A stretch of DNA of 64,000 nucleotides from Lama glama. Lineage: Eukaryota. Each line of letters opens with the position of its first letter. Within the stretch, counting starts at the first letter, position 1. Shown here piece by piece: positions 1-13,174 of the stretch. The notes beneath the pieces were generated by a model. The model did not search any database. It was given only the letters and a program-made list of their open reading frames with translations, and was not told the DNA's origin. The DNA is taken from assembly GCA_028534125.1 (NCBI GenBank), contig CM052816.1, forward strand, positions 87,732,001-87,796,000, written 5' to 3'. The position numbers and the translations under genes are program-made.

Positions 1-512
1 ACATCTTTGGCTTTAACTCTACCAATTTTAATAATTGCTTGTATTAACCAGATAGTGGAGTTAATTTATGTATCCCAGATTAATATTAAGATCATAATGC
101 ATTTTTTTATCCTTTCTCTTTATTTGGTTTATCCAGGATGATCAAATTAACCTGATCCTCAATTTATACTGTGCTTTGTAGACATAAGCAATGTCAAATT
201 ATATGTCTTAATTAAACTTCTCCTATTAAAATGAACCTAATTTCTTACTCTCTGTCATCAGCATAGATAAGTCAGAGGCTCATTGGTTATTTTTGCATTG
301 CTATGTTTCTATTATTTTAAGCTGCATACTAGTACTATTAAATTTAATTTACTTCTCAAGTTGAATTTTGGATTTTTTTTGTGGATTTAAAAAAATAATA
401 ACTCTTTAAGAATAAGGAATTCCAAGCTAGGTATAGTATTGCAGTAGATATAATTAGTATTTAAGTTTTCTCAGAGAACTAATCACACTTTTTTGATAGG
501 GTCACATAAGAG

Positions 513-709
513 CAATGCTGTCCATCAGAACTTTCTGCAAAGATGGAAAATTCTTCTGCACTCTCCAGTATGTTATCCATTGGTCACTTAAGACATTGAG
601 TATTCAAAATGTGTCAAGTTTAAGTCCCTAGATTTTTAATTATATTTAATTTGCTTTAAATTCAAATTCAAATAGGCAAAAGTACTTGTGGCCACCATAT
701 TGAAAAATG
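513..709 (+). mobile_element. hAT-Charlie MITE, MER3-like
   Basis: Starts CAATGCTGTCCATCAGAACTTTCTGCAAAGATGGAAA, has an AT-rich core, and ends GTGGCCACCATATTGAAAAATG. Colinear with the recalled MER3 consensus. Confidence 0.8.
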
Positions 710-830
710 TTAAGTCCAGAAGAAAGCATTGTGTGCTGTGTTTTAGATCTGGGCTCTTGCTTAAACTTGTCCCTCTTTAACTCTTTCTTTTGGAGATAGT
801 CGCATCACTTCTCCAGGCATCAGTGTCTTC

Positions 831-1140
831 TTTCAATCAGTAACAGTTTCTTATTAAGCATCTGTCAAACCCTGTGGACTGTACTAGGTTCTATGGATAC
901 AGTGATATTAAGCCAGAATTGGTACCTCTTCTCATTCTGCAGGGAAAGATGATGCTAATGATACCATAATTAATTGTCTAGTTAAAATTGTGAGAGGGGC
1001 TTTAGAAATAAAGTAAAAAGTTTAGTGAAAGCATGTGAGACAGGAAACTTGACCAGATCTGATGGTCTTGAAGATTTCCTTGGAGGAAGTGATCTGTGAA
1101 TTTAGCTTAAAATAAATGTTAAGAGATTTCTAGGTGAAGA
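831..1140 (-). mobile_element. L2 LINE 3' end fragment
   Basis: Degenerate match to the reverse-complemented L2 3' end (…ctgtactaggttctatggatacagtg…, …tttccttggaggaagtgatctgtga…). Confidence 0.65.
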
Positions 1141-1499
1141 AAAGTACAGCTAATTTGCCATGCATTCTGCTAGTTACTAAAGATTCAAAGAGATTTTACT
1201 ACTCTTAAAAAATTTATGGGATAACAAACAAATGATCTAGGGATTAAGCTATAATCAGTCCCAAACAAGTGGTCCATTGAATAATCTTTATGACAAAAAA
1301 TATGATTTTTATGTTCCAACATGTTTGGAAAAGATAGATTTGACAAAGATAAATTCCTGTGTGCTAAAACTAATTGGAACCTTGGGTATATTTAAGGTAA
1401 AACATATTGGCACCTTGGTTATATTGAACTTTGGGGTATTACAAATCTTGGAAAACATCTTAACTAAAAATTCTTCTCCTAAACTTTGTAACCATAGAA

Positions 1500-1600
1500 G
1501 ATTTATTCTTTTTCTTTCCTTCTTTCTTCTTTTGCCTTTTCGTTCTTCTTCCTACCCTTCCACCCCCATCCCTTTCTCCTTCTCCTTCTTTTTCTTCTGT
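1500..1600. repeat. CT-rich low-complexity tract
   Basis: Nearly pure pyrimidine run. It explains the F/S-rich and K/E/G-rich ORFs called here. Confidence 0.8.
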
Positions 1601-2213
1601 GGGGGTTCTTAGCAACATGACTTCTATCATAGAATTCTCCAAATTTAGAAACTTCAATTATATTTATATTTAAGGCCCCTCCATTATAAAATTCTATAAG
1701 ACCATGCTTTTAATTTAGTGTGATATTTTTATTTGATTTCCTGTTTTTAAATTAATGACTGAGCTATAGTCTACTTTGAATCTTTCTGTTATTATATTAT
1801 TTTTATTATATTTTATATAATCATTTCTCCAATAAATAACCTTAGTGGATATCCAGTCAAGTAAATGGCAGGGGGCATCCCGTCAGACAGTGCTCCTGTT
1901 AAATTTGCCGAAAGTTTTTGATTCCTAACAGTTTGCTCTTCTTCTGTAATATTTTCAACATTTTGCCAAAGCCAGATTTTCCAATCTACCGTTGGTCATT
2001 TAATCCATTCTCCCTGGTCCAAGGGAGCAGGAGGAGAACCTTGCCATGTTTTGATGTTTCTTACCTTGGCTCCTTCTTCCTGTGCAGCACTCTTGTAATA
2101 GCCAGTGTAACTGTCAGATACGGGGAGCTACAATGCCATGACTGTTTAATTTAAAAATGCCTTTCCTCTATGTTTGTCTGTGTTAAAAATGTCTATTTTG
2201 GGAGTATTACTAG

Positions 2214-2356
2214 TTCTATTTATTAACCATTTATTGTGCACCAGGCCCTGTGCTGAGTGCTTTCAGCATTATCTCATTTAATTTTCGCAGTAACCTTCCA
2301 AGTAGGCACCACTATGCTCCTTTGAGGAAATTGGCGTTTAGAGAATTGAAGACAAC
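2214..2356 (-). mobile_element. MIR SINE fragment
   Basis: ccaggccctgtgctgagtgctttcagcattatctcatttaat…gaggaaattggcgtttagagaattgaag matches the MIR core in reverse. Confidence 0.7.
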
Positions 2357-2431
2357 CCTAGATCGTGTTTTCTCTACAACACACACACACACACAATTTG
2401 AGAAATCCCCATGTGACTTATCTGTGACCAT

Positions 2432-2555
2432 TTTTTTTTGTAAATTGAGTTATAATTGATGTATAATATTACATTATTTCCAGATATACAACATAGTAAT
2501 TCAATATATGTATATATTGTGAAATAATCACAGTAAGTCTAGCTAACATCCATCT
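2432..2555 (-). mobile_element. L1 3' UTR/tail fragment
   Basis: Poly-T followed by aattgagttataattgatgtataatatt…caacatagtaattcaat…agtctagctaacatccatc. Confidence 0.7.
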
Positions 2556-3499
2556 AGTTTTGTTATAATATATTCTGACTTGGGGGATAACACTTGAAAG
2601 TCAGACCAGACTTTGTGTCTCAATTGAAAAATTATTTTACATTGAATAACATTATAATCAAAGATAACTTTAAAATAATAGAGAAAATCCATTTTATTCA
2701 CGAATTTCTGGTATTTGTCTATAGATTGACTTGAGTAAATCAATGATCATATTACCTTTGTTGTGCTAAATCTAACTAGAAGAAACTTATTTCAAACTTT
2801 TGGAAAGTTGATGTATTGAAGTTAGGTAGAAATGATTTCAAATAGGTTTTGTATATGATTCATTAGATTAACAATTCATTGTAACACTTGGAGAGAAAAG
2901 GATTTATGTTTCAAATATTTCCTCAATAGAAAGTATTCCATTTCTGGAGATTTAATAGTGAAAATTGTTTTCTTGTGATGACTAACTGATGGAATTAAGA
3001 TTCAAGGTCTCTAGCCTGTCATTGTTGGTTTTCTCTTAGATAAGAAAAAATAAAATTATTTGTTAAGGAAATTATAATTAAAAGATATAACTGATGTTAA
3101 TATTTACATTGAATTAAAGATGAACTTTCCTATATTTTCACATTTTTAGAAAGTATAATATGTACTTGTACATACTTGTACTTGTAGTTGTACATGCAAA
3201 TGGGTGTGCTTGAAATGACGCCACACCATCTTAATTCTAATTATAGGAATAATCATTGCCCACCCTTGGGCTAATGTGTGTTGCCTTCTCTCTGCATTAG
3301 AACACAAGCCATATATAATTTAATATAAAGCAATTACAAAGCTGAATTATTTTTCTAAAACAACGACAAGATTGCCACATTTTTCTCTCAAAAAATTACT
3401 AACTGCTCTAGCATCTGAAAATTTTGGTAGAGAGGAAGGGAAGAAGCTGAGGTTGAGACAAATATTAATATACTTTAAACAATAAAAATCACAAAAAAT

Positions 3500-3990
3500 A
3501 GATATCTTAGTTGTGAAGTATGTAATTTTAAGTTGGGTGATGGAATTGGGGATGTGAATAAGATTTGATGAAAGATCCTGTGTTAAATGACATGTGCAAT
3601 CTATGATCCTGTGTGACTCGCGTAATGACAGGGTGCAGGGAACATGAGAGGAAAGCATTCAGCTAGGTTCCGTTGATGAATTTCCTATTTAACTGAGAAT
3701 ATATATATAAAAGATCATTTCAGGGGTAAGATGATGAGGTTTTTTTTTTGACATAGTTTTATTTAATATTTCTGGGATACACCCAAAGGGGAAATACTGA
3801 GTAAGTCAATGAAAATTGAAGTCAATTAAAGGCTAGAGAGAAAACTGAAATGGGATGAGGAAATCTGTGGGTTTGGGGTCACATATTAGATGTAGATAAA
3901 AGTGTGTACGTAGAGAAAAGTCGAAGAAATGTGTGAAGAAAAGTTTCTTCTAAACATGAGACTCTGAGACACCCAGCCTATAATGGTTTG
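3500..3990 (-). mobile_element. L2 LINE fragment, highly diverged
   Basis: gatgatgaggtttt…gacatag…gggatacacccaaagggg…ctagagagaaaactgaaatgg resembles the L2 body in reverse. Confidence 0.45.
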
Positions 3991-4403
3991 AGGGAAAAAC
4001 TGTCCTCTTATTTGACTTTGCCTTTTCTTTTTCCTTTCTATCCATTTTCCCAAATTCTATGTACAGTGTCTGTGTTTCAACAAGTTTTAACATTCCATAT
4101 AGATTATATATTCTGAATAGCTCTATAAATATTTGTGGAGTTGTTTCTGGTGCATCTCTAATTCTGTGGTCCTTTTGATAAGCACTTATTGAAAATTTGT
4201 CATCTTAAAGGTGATATACTGGGACTAGACCTATTTATATACATGAGAAACGATTTGTGACCAGAAAGACTCAGAACTTACAGAATGCTTAGTCTAGTCA
4301 GGAAAGCAATTTCCTTTACAAGAGAGCAAAAATGCATATTATTTAAGTTCCTCTTTGGATTTAAAAGACTATACTTTGAATTTTAACCCTCATGCTCCAA
4401 CTC

Positions 4404-4886
4404 TGTAGGGGAAGAAAACTTTTTTTCCCCCTGTTTTAAGGTTTTTGGGCTGGCCTAATAATTAAATTGACATAAACCAGAATAAAAGAAAAAAAAGCAA
4501 ATTTAGTTTTGTACGTAGGAGAGCCCACATAGACATGAGTGGCTATCAGACAGTCAAGCAAGTGAGGTTTACACACCATCCTGAGATAAGGAGAAGGGGG
4601 TAGGGGTCTGAGACTTCAAAGACTAGGAAGACAATTCACAGGAAGATGGGATAAGCAAATGTTTTGTAAACAAGTATTTGCCATGCTATGCAGAGAAGTC
4701 TTATGTTAAAAAAGTCATCTTTGGTAATAACTCTATTCCTGGTAGGAACTCCTTCTCTAAATGCTTTAGGCCATAAGAGGAGATTAAAAGTTCTTCTTGA
4801 GTCTGTTGTGCCTTAATCATCTTCAGCTCAAAATGACCTGCTTACCAAGTGGCACATTCTAAGGCAAACTGCCATGAACTCCATCA
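4404..4886 (-). mobile_element. ERV1-class solo LTR, MER34-group-like
   Basis: TG…CA termini (TGTAGGGG…CCATCA). The minus strand begins TGATGGAGTTC…GCCACTTGG…ATTTTGAGCTGAAG, as in MER34-type LTRs. No clean TSD. Confidence 0.65.
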
Positions 4887-4964
4887 ATTTGTTACCGATT
4901 TGAATTTCGAAAACCACTTCAAAATGGTAAAATGTGTCTAAAATAGTTAGTTGAAGGACACTTG

Positions 4965-5172
4965 TACTGTGTCTGAGTTTGAATTACTACCCTTTTAGTA
5001 AGAATGAGATTTCCTTGGGAAAGTGCTTAGTTTTCTTAACTATTTGCTTGCAAAGTAAAGGCTTCTATAACATATTTTATAGCTTTGAAATGAAGCTTAA
5101 ACTATATTTATTAAGTACTCTGTACAGATCTTGTCATGTGGTGTGGGATCGATAAATGTTAGCTATTATTTA
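4965..5172 (+). mobile_element. MIR SINE, diverged
   Basis: ccttgggaaagtgctta… and 3' end cgataaatgttagctattatt. Confidence 0.5.
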
Positions 5173-5684
5173 TTTTTTATCAATTTATTATGCTACGTAT
5201 TATATTGTAATTATTCATACCCATCCATATCTGTTGAATCCATCAGATTGTGAATTCCTTAAACAAATAATGCATTTGTATGAGCTTTAATATTTCCCAT
5301 AGAACCATTGTATCAAGTACTAACTGGGCATTGGATGAATGTGTGCTGAATTAAGAAACGATTACAGAAACATGCAGCAGAATAGTAATGAAAACGATTT
5401 GAATGTTTAGTTATGGAAACATTTTTATTGAAAAAAAAGGAAAATGTGAGCTTATTCAAGGTCTAGGCCTCTAGTCAAAAGAAAGTTAAGAAGGATATAG
5501 AGAGAAATGAGTGGGAGAAGAAATTTAAGCATAGGAATAGAGAGAAATATAATGGATGTCAAAAACAAAAGGAATATTTTTATCTATATTAGAAAATGTG
5601 AAATTGGTAAGTAAATTATTTGGTAAGCATCTCATAATTATCTATTAAAATATTTTTGACTATTCATCAATTAAAACAGCAATG

Positions 5685-6167
5685 AATCTGGAACACTGAC
5701 AACAGCAAATGCTGGTGAGGATGTGGAGAAATATCAACTGGCATTCACGGCTGGTGGGAAGCAAATGGTACAGCCACTTTGGAAGATAGCTTGGTAGTTT
5801 CTTAGAAAACTAAACAGACTCCTATTGTATGATCCAGCAGTTATGCTTCTTGGTATTTACACAAACTGAAAACTTATGTCCACATAAAAACCTGCACACA
5901 GGTGTTTATAGCAGCTTTATTCATAATTGCCAAAACTTGGAAATAATCAAGACGTCCTTCTGTAGGTGAATGAATAAATAAATTGTGGTATTGTATGGAC
6001 AATGGAATATTATTCAGTGCTAGAAAGAAATGAGCTATGAAGTCATAAAAAACCTGGAAGAAAATTAGAGGCATATTACAAAGTGAAAGAAGCCAGTCTG
6101 AAAGGCTACACCTAGTATATGATTCCAGCTACATGACATTCTGGGAAAGGCAAAACTATGGAGACTA
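5685..6167 (+). mobile_element. L1 (L1MC/L1MB-type) ORF2 end and 3' UTR fragment
   Basis: aaatgctggtgaggatgtggagaa…cagccactttggaaga…gtttatagcagctttattcataattgccaaaacttggaa…gacattctgggaaaggcaaaactatggagac. Confidence 0.85.
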
Positions 6168-8230
6168 CATTAACTATGATTATAACACCACTGCAAGCAT
6201 ATAAGCATAAGAATCTTTCTTAATTTAATGTTATTTGTTAATATAAATGTATTGTGATATTTCGGGTAAACGTATATATTTCACTCTCTTTTACTTAAAA
6301 TAAAATCCACATACTACAAAGAAACCTCTAGAGAATGTTTAACCTACAGGAGCTACTTGCCAAGAAAAAAACAAATTCTAAATTTAGCTTCATGGTAAGC
6401 AAGAAGCACAAAACCAAATATTTGCTGGCTGTCCCAATACATACAGGGGTAAACAATTCCATTTGCCAATATTTCTACTGTGTGATAGCCTCTTATTCCA
6501 GGATAGTTTCTCAATTGCTTGGCAACAATCTGTTACAGTGCACAGTGTACACTCAGAGTTAACATATGCTATAAAAGATAGGAGGAGAGACCGATAAAGT
6601 CTTGCAGATGATTTTCAATACCTGTAGGCCTCAGTGAGGAAGGAAAAAAATAAGAAATATGAAAAATGCTAGGTAAATAAAACTAGACTTTAAAAAATTT
6701 CCCATGAATTTGCTATCTCAATTTGCTAACCACTCGAATGAATCTTAATTCTTGTTCATTTTCCAAATGGCTTTTGAAATGCAATATTTATTTTCTTTTT
6801 ACTTTTTACTTTTACACAAGGCAGCCACCAGTATCGTATTTCACTTTACCTGTTTTCAAAGCTGTATCACTGAAAATACTTTTCTTTCTCTGCCTGATCT
6901 ATGAGGTGCAAGAGATCCTCAAGAGATCTGAGTGATCCCCATGATTACTGGGAGCATTATTAATTTGAACACTGAAACAGAGCATGCTTTCTGGGGCATG
7001 CAAAGAGAACACTGGCAGTCAGCGAGAGATTACTTCTAACGAATTAATTTAGTGGAAAATCACTCCCCTACTAGGACTGCAAGTATTTAAGGTATTTCCT
7101 TAAGCGGTAAAAGGGTCTTGGGTATATATAAAAGACAAATGGAAAAGCAGTCAGTCTTGATCATGATAAATGGTAGGTACTGTAATTGATATCTTACCCT
7201 GCGATAATTGTTGACGTATATTTGCATTGAGTTTTTTATTAGTCTTTTTCAGCCTTTATTATCCTATTATATTTGGCTATCAGTATTAATTGGGTACTCT
7301 TCATCTCGCATTCCAAGATGCTGTGACTATGAACAGGTCAGTTAACTATACCGATTGATTGTTTTTATGTCATAAATGCAACCCGGTAACTTGCACATTT
7401 TTCATAAGAGCTTTGTATAGATGATTCAGAGACCACAAAATTCAATAGATCTCTATATAGATAGCTTAACAGGGAACATATATACTTCAAAAAAGAGAAA
7501 ATCTATGGAAAATATTTTTGTTACATTGATCCAGTAAATTCATATTTGGTTTATAGTAGGTTTACTGAGTCAGAATACACTAGATAGACATGGTGCCACA
7601 ATGGAGTAATAGAATGGTGCTGATGGGAGTAACAGAAAAGAAAAATAAGAAAATAAAATAATAAGCATCACAGAAAGATGTGCAAAACTAGTGATAGCTA
7701 AGAATTTTTTTTTGAGAAAAGTTTTCCTTGGGGCATGAGTTTAAATAATTTTAAAAAGGTAGGATGTTGATTAACAGAAAGAAGATTTGGGGCTAAACAA
7801 GAGGTAAATCAATAGTTTCTGAGATGATACTAAAGATATTTTACGTGAGGATTGCCGAGAGGTTGGTCTGTCCTTAAAGGAGTTGCAGTTAAGATGTCAT
7901 ATGACAAAATGGTGTAAAGTTGAAGAGAGCTTTTTGAAGTCTTGAAGAACTTGTGATTTTGTTTTGAGGTGTTGGGATCAACAACATATTCCTAAACAGG
8001 GGTTATTCTCTCAGCTTTGTAAGGGATTTAATTAAGCCTGGTGAGTGGATGTGCTGAAGGAGAAAAGAAAACTGATTTAAAATCCAGGCTACCTGAGAAT
8101 ATTATAGAATATCTCCTTTTAGAATTGAACTAGAAGAAAACTATAATACATTGAACTTAATCTACAATATTATTCCTAAACTCATTCACAGGTTATAAAA
8201 TAAATAATATTTGGTACAATTAATAAATAC

Positions 8231-8730
8231 TGTGCTAGAATCTCCCAGAAACCCCTCAGTGTCTGATCTCACTTTCTTTTATAGTAATATAACCCTCAAA
8301 TTTTAGCTCTGCATTTAGTTTCTCAGAATAACAAAATGCATTTCTTGTTTTTGTGAAGCTTGGTGTGGCCATGTAACTAGTTTTAGACAATGGAAATAAA
8401 GCAGAAATGAGGTGAATGGCTTTGGAGCCTTTGTTAAAGTAGAGATGATACATTCTTTGTTCCTTTTCTTCTTTTCCCTCCTCCATCCTGCTTCTTGCAA
8501 TGTTGGTGTAATGGATTAACATCTAGTTGTTATCTTGGACCATGAAGACAAGGATCACATCCTAGGGATGACAGACCATAAACTGGAAAAATGTTTTCAT
8601 CTGTGAAGGCATTTTGCTACACCTTTCTGGATAACCTGTATTTATCTACATGATTACATGACAGATCACTTTTGTCTTTTAGTCACTTTTGAGAGTGACT
8701 GTTTCTCAGATTGAATATGAACTTGAACAC
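8231..8730 (+). mobile_element. MaLR LTR, MLT1J-like
   Basis: ggtgtggccatgtaactagttttagacaatggaaataaagcagaa…tcttggaccatgaagacaaggatcacatcctagggatg is a typical MLT1J/K motif series. Confidence 0.65.
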
Positions 8731-8944
8731 TACAAGTACATTACGAATGTTGTCTATTATTTCCTATGTGTTTTATACATCTGATTGTGCATGTTTATAC
8801 TATAATGTGTAAGGTATATTTCAGTCTTGTAAAGCTGGCATCACATCTTCAGTTTATACAAAAGAATACTGAATTTTTGCTCTGTAACAGTTGGAGGCAT
8901 TCATGGAAAGAATCAGTCTTAAAGTCTTTTAAATTCAGTTTCTT

Positions 8945-9855
8945 TAATTTTATTTTTTATTAAAGTGTAGTTGATTTGCAATGTTAGTTTTAGGTATATA
9001 GCAAAGTGATTCAGTTATATATATGCATACATATATATGTACATATATTTTCTGATTCTTTTCCACTATAGACTATTATAAGAAATTGAATATAATTCCC
9101 TGTCCTATACAGTAGGTCCTTGCTGTTTATCTATTTTACATATAATAGTGTGTATCTGTTAATTTCAAACTTCTAATTTATCCCTTTGGTAACCATAGTT
9201 TGTTTTCTATAACCATGAGTCTATTTCTGGTTTCCAAATAAAATTTGTATCTCTTTTTAGATACACACAAGTGATATCATATGACATTTGTCTTTGTCTG
9301 ACTTACTTCACTTAAAATGATAATCTCTAGGTCCATTCATGTCGCTACAAATGACATTATTTCATTCACTTTTATGGCTGAGTGATATTCCACTGCATAG
9401 AGAGAATATTCTGTCTTCTCTATCCATTCATCTGTCAGTAGCCATTTAGGTTGTTTCTGTGTCTTGGCTATTGTAAATAATAGTGCTATGAACATAGGGT
9501 TGTGTGTGTCTTTATGAATTAAAGGTTTCCTCCAGATATATGCCCAAGAGTGAGATTTCTGGATCATACAGTAAGTCTATTTTTAGTTTTTAAGGAACCT
9601 CCATTCTGTCCTTCGTAATGGCTGCACCAATTTACATTCCCACCAACTGTGTAGGAGGGTTCCTTTTTCTCCACACCCTCTCCAGCATTTATTATTAGTA
9701 GACATTTTAATGATGGCCATTCTGACTTGTGTGAGGTGATACCTCATTGTAGTTTTGATTTGCATTTCTCTAATAATCAGCAATATTGAGCATGTTTTCA
9801 TGTTCCTGTTGAACATCTGGATGTTTCCTTTGGAAAAATGTCTGTTTAGATCCTC
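8945..9855 (-). mobile_element. 5'-truncated L1 (cetartiodactyl-type 3' UTR) with degraded ORF2 C-terminus
   Basis: Poly-T tail, then 3' UTR. The minus-strand ORFs 9583-9816 (…[14 protein letters not shown]…[25 protein letters not shown]…) and 9337-9567 (…MFIALLFTIAKT…EYHSAIK…) are recognisable L1 ORF2 C-terminal sequence, split by frameshifts. Confidence 0.92.
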
Positions 9856-10287
9856 AGGCAGTCCTATTTCTAACTGGGGAACCTAGGCCATTTGGCTTTC
9901 AACCTTTAGCAAGCCAGCTTGAGCTTTGATGGAATTGGCAAGAATCCCAAAACATCAAGGAGGAACAAATCACACTGTGTAGGTTATTTTCAAGTCTTTG
10001 TTGCTGTCATTTTTTATAACATCTCATTGAACAAAGCAAATCATATGAGTGGAACCAGACTCACATTGACACAGGGAACTATAGTCAATATCTTATAATA
10101 ACCTATAATGGACAAGAATCTGAGAAAGAATAGATTTATGTATTACTGTTCACTTGAAACTAACACAACATTGTAAATCAACTGTACTTCAATCAAAACT
10201 ATTTAAAAAAGAGAAAGGTTAAGTTTTACAGCGAAGAATATGGATACAGGAAGGAAAAGAATCTGTGGCCATCATTGCAACCAACCA
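9856..10287 (-). mobile_element. Old MaLR (MLT1-type) LTR fragment interrupted by an L1 tail
   Basis: …ataacatctcattgaacaaagcaaatcatatgagt… then, after the L1, …ggatacaggaagg…tgtggccatcattgcaacc. Confidence 0.5.
10069..10210 (+). mobile_element. Short L1 3' tail
   Basis: acagggaactatagtcaatatcttataataacctataatgg…aaactaacacaacattgtaaatcaactgtacttcaat followed by an A-rich tail. Confidence 0.85.
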
Positions 10288-11679
10288 AAAAGTGATACTG
10301 ATTTTGAAAGCATTTCTACCATTATTCCCTAACACTGTGGGCAGCTTGTTCTTTCTAAAACTGTGACTGGAATCACTTCCCATCGTGTGTTAATTTTCAG
10401 AAACAAAAAAGAAGTGTCAACTTCTTATTTTCTGTTATTTTTATGCACTTCAGTAAAAATACATAAGAATATAATTTATTATTTAATATAAACTCAAATA
10501 TAACTTGTTTTATACATTTTAAGAATGCTACATGAACTATTTAGAGAATGAGTAAGAACTCTAATCATTTTTACATTTTTGCTATTTTTTTATATTATTT
10601 TCATAGAAACTTGTATAGTCCAAAAGAGAAAATATTTTTCAGTGGATGTTTTCCCTATCCTTGAAGGTGAGCTAAAAGATATTTTAGTAATAGAAATGGC
10701 TCATCTGAGATTTGTTTGCTAATGCTAAAAAAAATGTTAGTTACTAAATAAGCAGGCTGCATTTTGATTATATCCCTCTGAGTGATGTTCATTTTATTGA
10801 ATAAACATTTCAGTTAACTTAGAGAATATTTTTCAATGATTTCCTAAACTTTTTTTTTTCACTTTTCTATACCTATACAAATTTTTGTTGGTTGAAAAGA
10901 TAAATTCAGATAAACTGCATTCCACTTAACCTCTAAAACTTCATAATTGAAATTTAATAATGATTGGAACTCTGTTAGAATTATTAATATGCAATGTGCT
11001 TTTTGTTTCTTTATTCGATCAGTGATCCAATGAAAAGGCCATATGTATTGATTATTTAGATTTATATCTACAGACTTTAAATATATTTTAATTCTGTAAA
11101 ATCTTGCTATTGATTGACTTAAATATTCTTAGTTTGAAGCAAAGCATATAATTATAAATGTGAAGTATGTTCATGTAGGTACACATATAAATTATAGACA
11201 TACATTATCTGAACATAAATTATCTTGTTTGAATTTTGGAACTAAATATAGTTAATCACAAGGCTTAGGAAATTTTCATTAAAAAGTATTCAAAACTTAA
11301 AAAGCATGAAATACTAGTGATATGTAAAGAGAAAGAAAATGCATTCAAAATTAGCTATAAAAAATAGAAAGCTTAGCTTCAGCTGGCATTATTTTTCCAA
11401 AATAGTCATCCAAAATAACAATCAACATATCAAAAAATTCTGAAGAAAATAAACAAACTAAAAAATAAAGAAGGGAAAGTTAAGTAAAATACTGGAAAGC
11501 TGATGAGATGATGTGAAGATATATTATGTGTATGCATATCTATATGCTATGCTAATATGATGTTATTATTTTAAAACACAACTTCGTCTTAAGCTCACAT
11601 GCCATAATTATTATTCTGTAACTTTTCATCACAGACAAATTTTTTGAGGTAGAAATTGGAAAATATTGTCTGCATCCAC

Positions 11680-12480
11680 ACTTCCCATTATTCACCTTTT
11701 AAAGCAATATAATGTTCTTTCTAACTATACCCTGCCATGGAAGCCTTTGTCAACAAGTTCGCTGTGATCTTTTTATCGTACAGTTAGTCTTACCCCATGT
11801 GTGCCATTTTAGACGTTTGAACACTCTTTGGTAACTCTGATCTCTCAGTATTCTTTCAAGCACTCTATCCTAGTTTTCTTGAAACTTTTTAGCCAGCCAT
11901 GCTTGTTCAAGTTCCTGCCTTTGTTCTTAAGCCCTAGTATACTTTGAGTTCAATATCTTCTCCCCTGAATTTTCATGCCATACATAATCCCTGGGAGATA
12001 TTTTTCTCTCAGATAGTTCCAAAAATATTTAAATTATGATAATTCCAGAATATGTATCTCTAGCCTCAAAATTTTCTCAATGTGGAACTACTAACAAGGT
12101 AGGAGTAGTGGACAGAGTTAAGCCAATACAATATTGAATGAGATATTAACACACAGCAAGAACAATGAAGTAATTATCTTTCTAGAAGAATTGCTGTTAA
12201 TGTAAGACAGAAACTAGAATGATGGCTGATGTCTATAGGGATGTAGGCTTGAAGGAGGATTATTTCGATGAAAAAAGAGTAACAGATATTTTAATATTTT
12301 GGTGAAAACAGCTAGAGGGAGGGAAATACTGAAAATACAATAGACTGTAGATTACAAATGGAGCAAAATCCCTACAAAGGAAAGGAAAAAAATAGAAGCA
12401 AAAAACCCAGCTGGAGAAACTGGCCTTGGGCACATAAAAGCACAACATTTTCCCAAAGACAGAAAGGATTAAAAAAAGAA
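11680..12480. mobile_element. Two diverged L2 fragments (about 11680-12080 plus, about 12100-12480 minus)
   Basis: …tatgataattccagaatatgtatctctagcctcaaaattttctc… and a purine-rich reverse-L2-like block. Confidence 0.4.
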
Positions 12481-12755
12481 TGATTGTTTATATAAAGCCT
12501 TTTTTATAGACCGAGCGTAGGCACTGCTGTCTCAGCCTCAACAGTAGGCATCTTTTTATAATGTAATTTTTCTCATTAACTATGTCTAACTTTCTGTCTC
12601 AATAATGAATATAATAAATGCACACAATCATCTTTCAATGATTGTTTAGTTTCTATAAAAAAGGAAAACTTTCAAATAATAAATAGATTTATAAACGATG
12701 TAAGCCTTAATTAAGTGACTATTTTGGTAAATAAAATGTAAGTTTTAGCCTATAT

Positions 12756-12854
12756 ATATATATATATATATTTTAATGGAGGTACTGGAGATTGAACCTA
12801 GGACCTCATGCATACTAAGCATGCCCCCTACCACTGAGCTATTTCCCGCCCCCC
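12756..12854 (-). mobile_element. tRNA-Ala-derived camelid SINE (vic-1-like) with (TA)n tail
   Basis: The minus strand reads GGGGGGCGGGAAATAGCTCAGTGGTAGGGGGCATGCTTAGTATGCATGAGGTCCTAGGTTCAATCTCCAGTACCTCCATTAAAA, with A box TAGCTCAGTGG and B box GGTTCAATCTCC. TSD tttagc(c/t)tatat at 12744-12755 and 12855-12866. Confidence 0.88.
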
Positions 12855-13111
12855 TTTAGCTTATATTTTTGAGGTAGCTTTGTAATTCAACTCATTGCTT
12901 TTACATGCTATAATCTTATTCAGAATATATGACTCAAAATTGTTTTGGCATTACATACTTTTGGTAATGGTTAACTCTAACAGCTAAATGTCAGTGGTCC
13001 TGTAAAAGAAACTGAAAAACATGCACACATTTCTGAATTGCAGTAGAACTCTGAATTCTAATTTAATTAGACCTTCTTACTGATACAGTATACCATATGG
13101 ACCTAGATTGG

Positions 13112-13174
13112 GTTATGTGCATGTTTATGTGCATGTTATGTGCATATATATTGAGTTATGTGCATGTTATGTGC
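13112..13174. repeat. Short tandem repeat, about 5 copies of TTATGTGCA(TG)
   Basis: gttatgtgcatgtttatgtgcatgttatgtgcat…gttatgtgcatgttatgtgca. Confidence 0.85.

Noticed and set aside
1460..1657. K/E/G-rich minus-strand ORF (EEKEGEGE…KKKEGKKK) superficially like a triadin-type charged exon
   Set aside because: It is simply the translation of a CT-rich low-complexity tract, with no proper pyrimidine tract or donor site.
9337..9816. ORFs with real protein similarity (also 40365-41694 and 55024-55245)
   Set aside because: These are frameshifted fragments of L1 ORF2 (RT and C-terminal domains), not host genes or a novel reverse-transcriptase system.
12771..12854. Possible tRNA-Ala gene
   Set aside because: Mismatched stems, an altered anticodon arm, an A/TA-rich tail and a TSD indicate a SINE copy.
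13112..13174. Repeated 9-11-mer that could be mistaken for a CRISPR-like array
   Set aside because: It is a simple tandem repeat without unique spacers, in a mammalian context.
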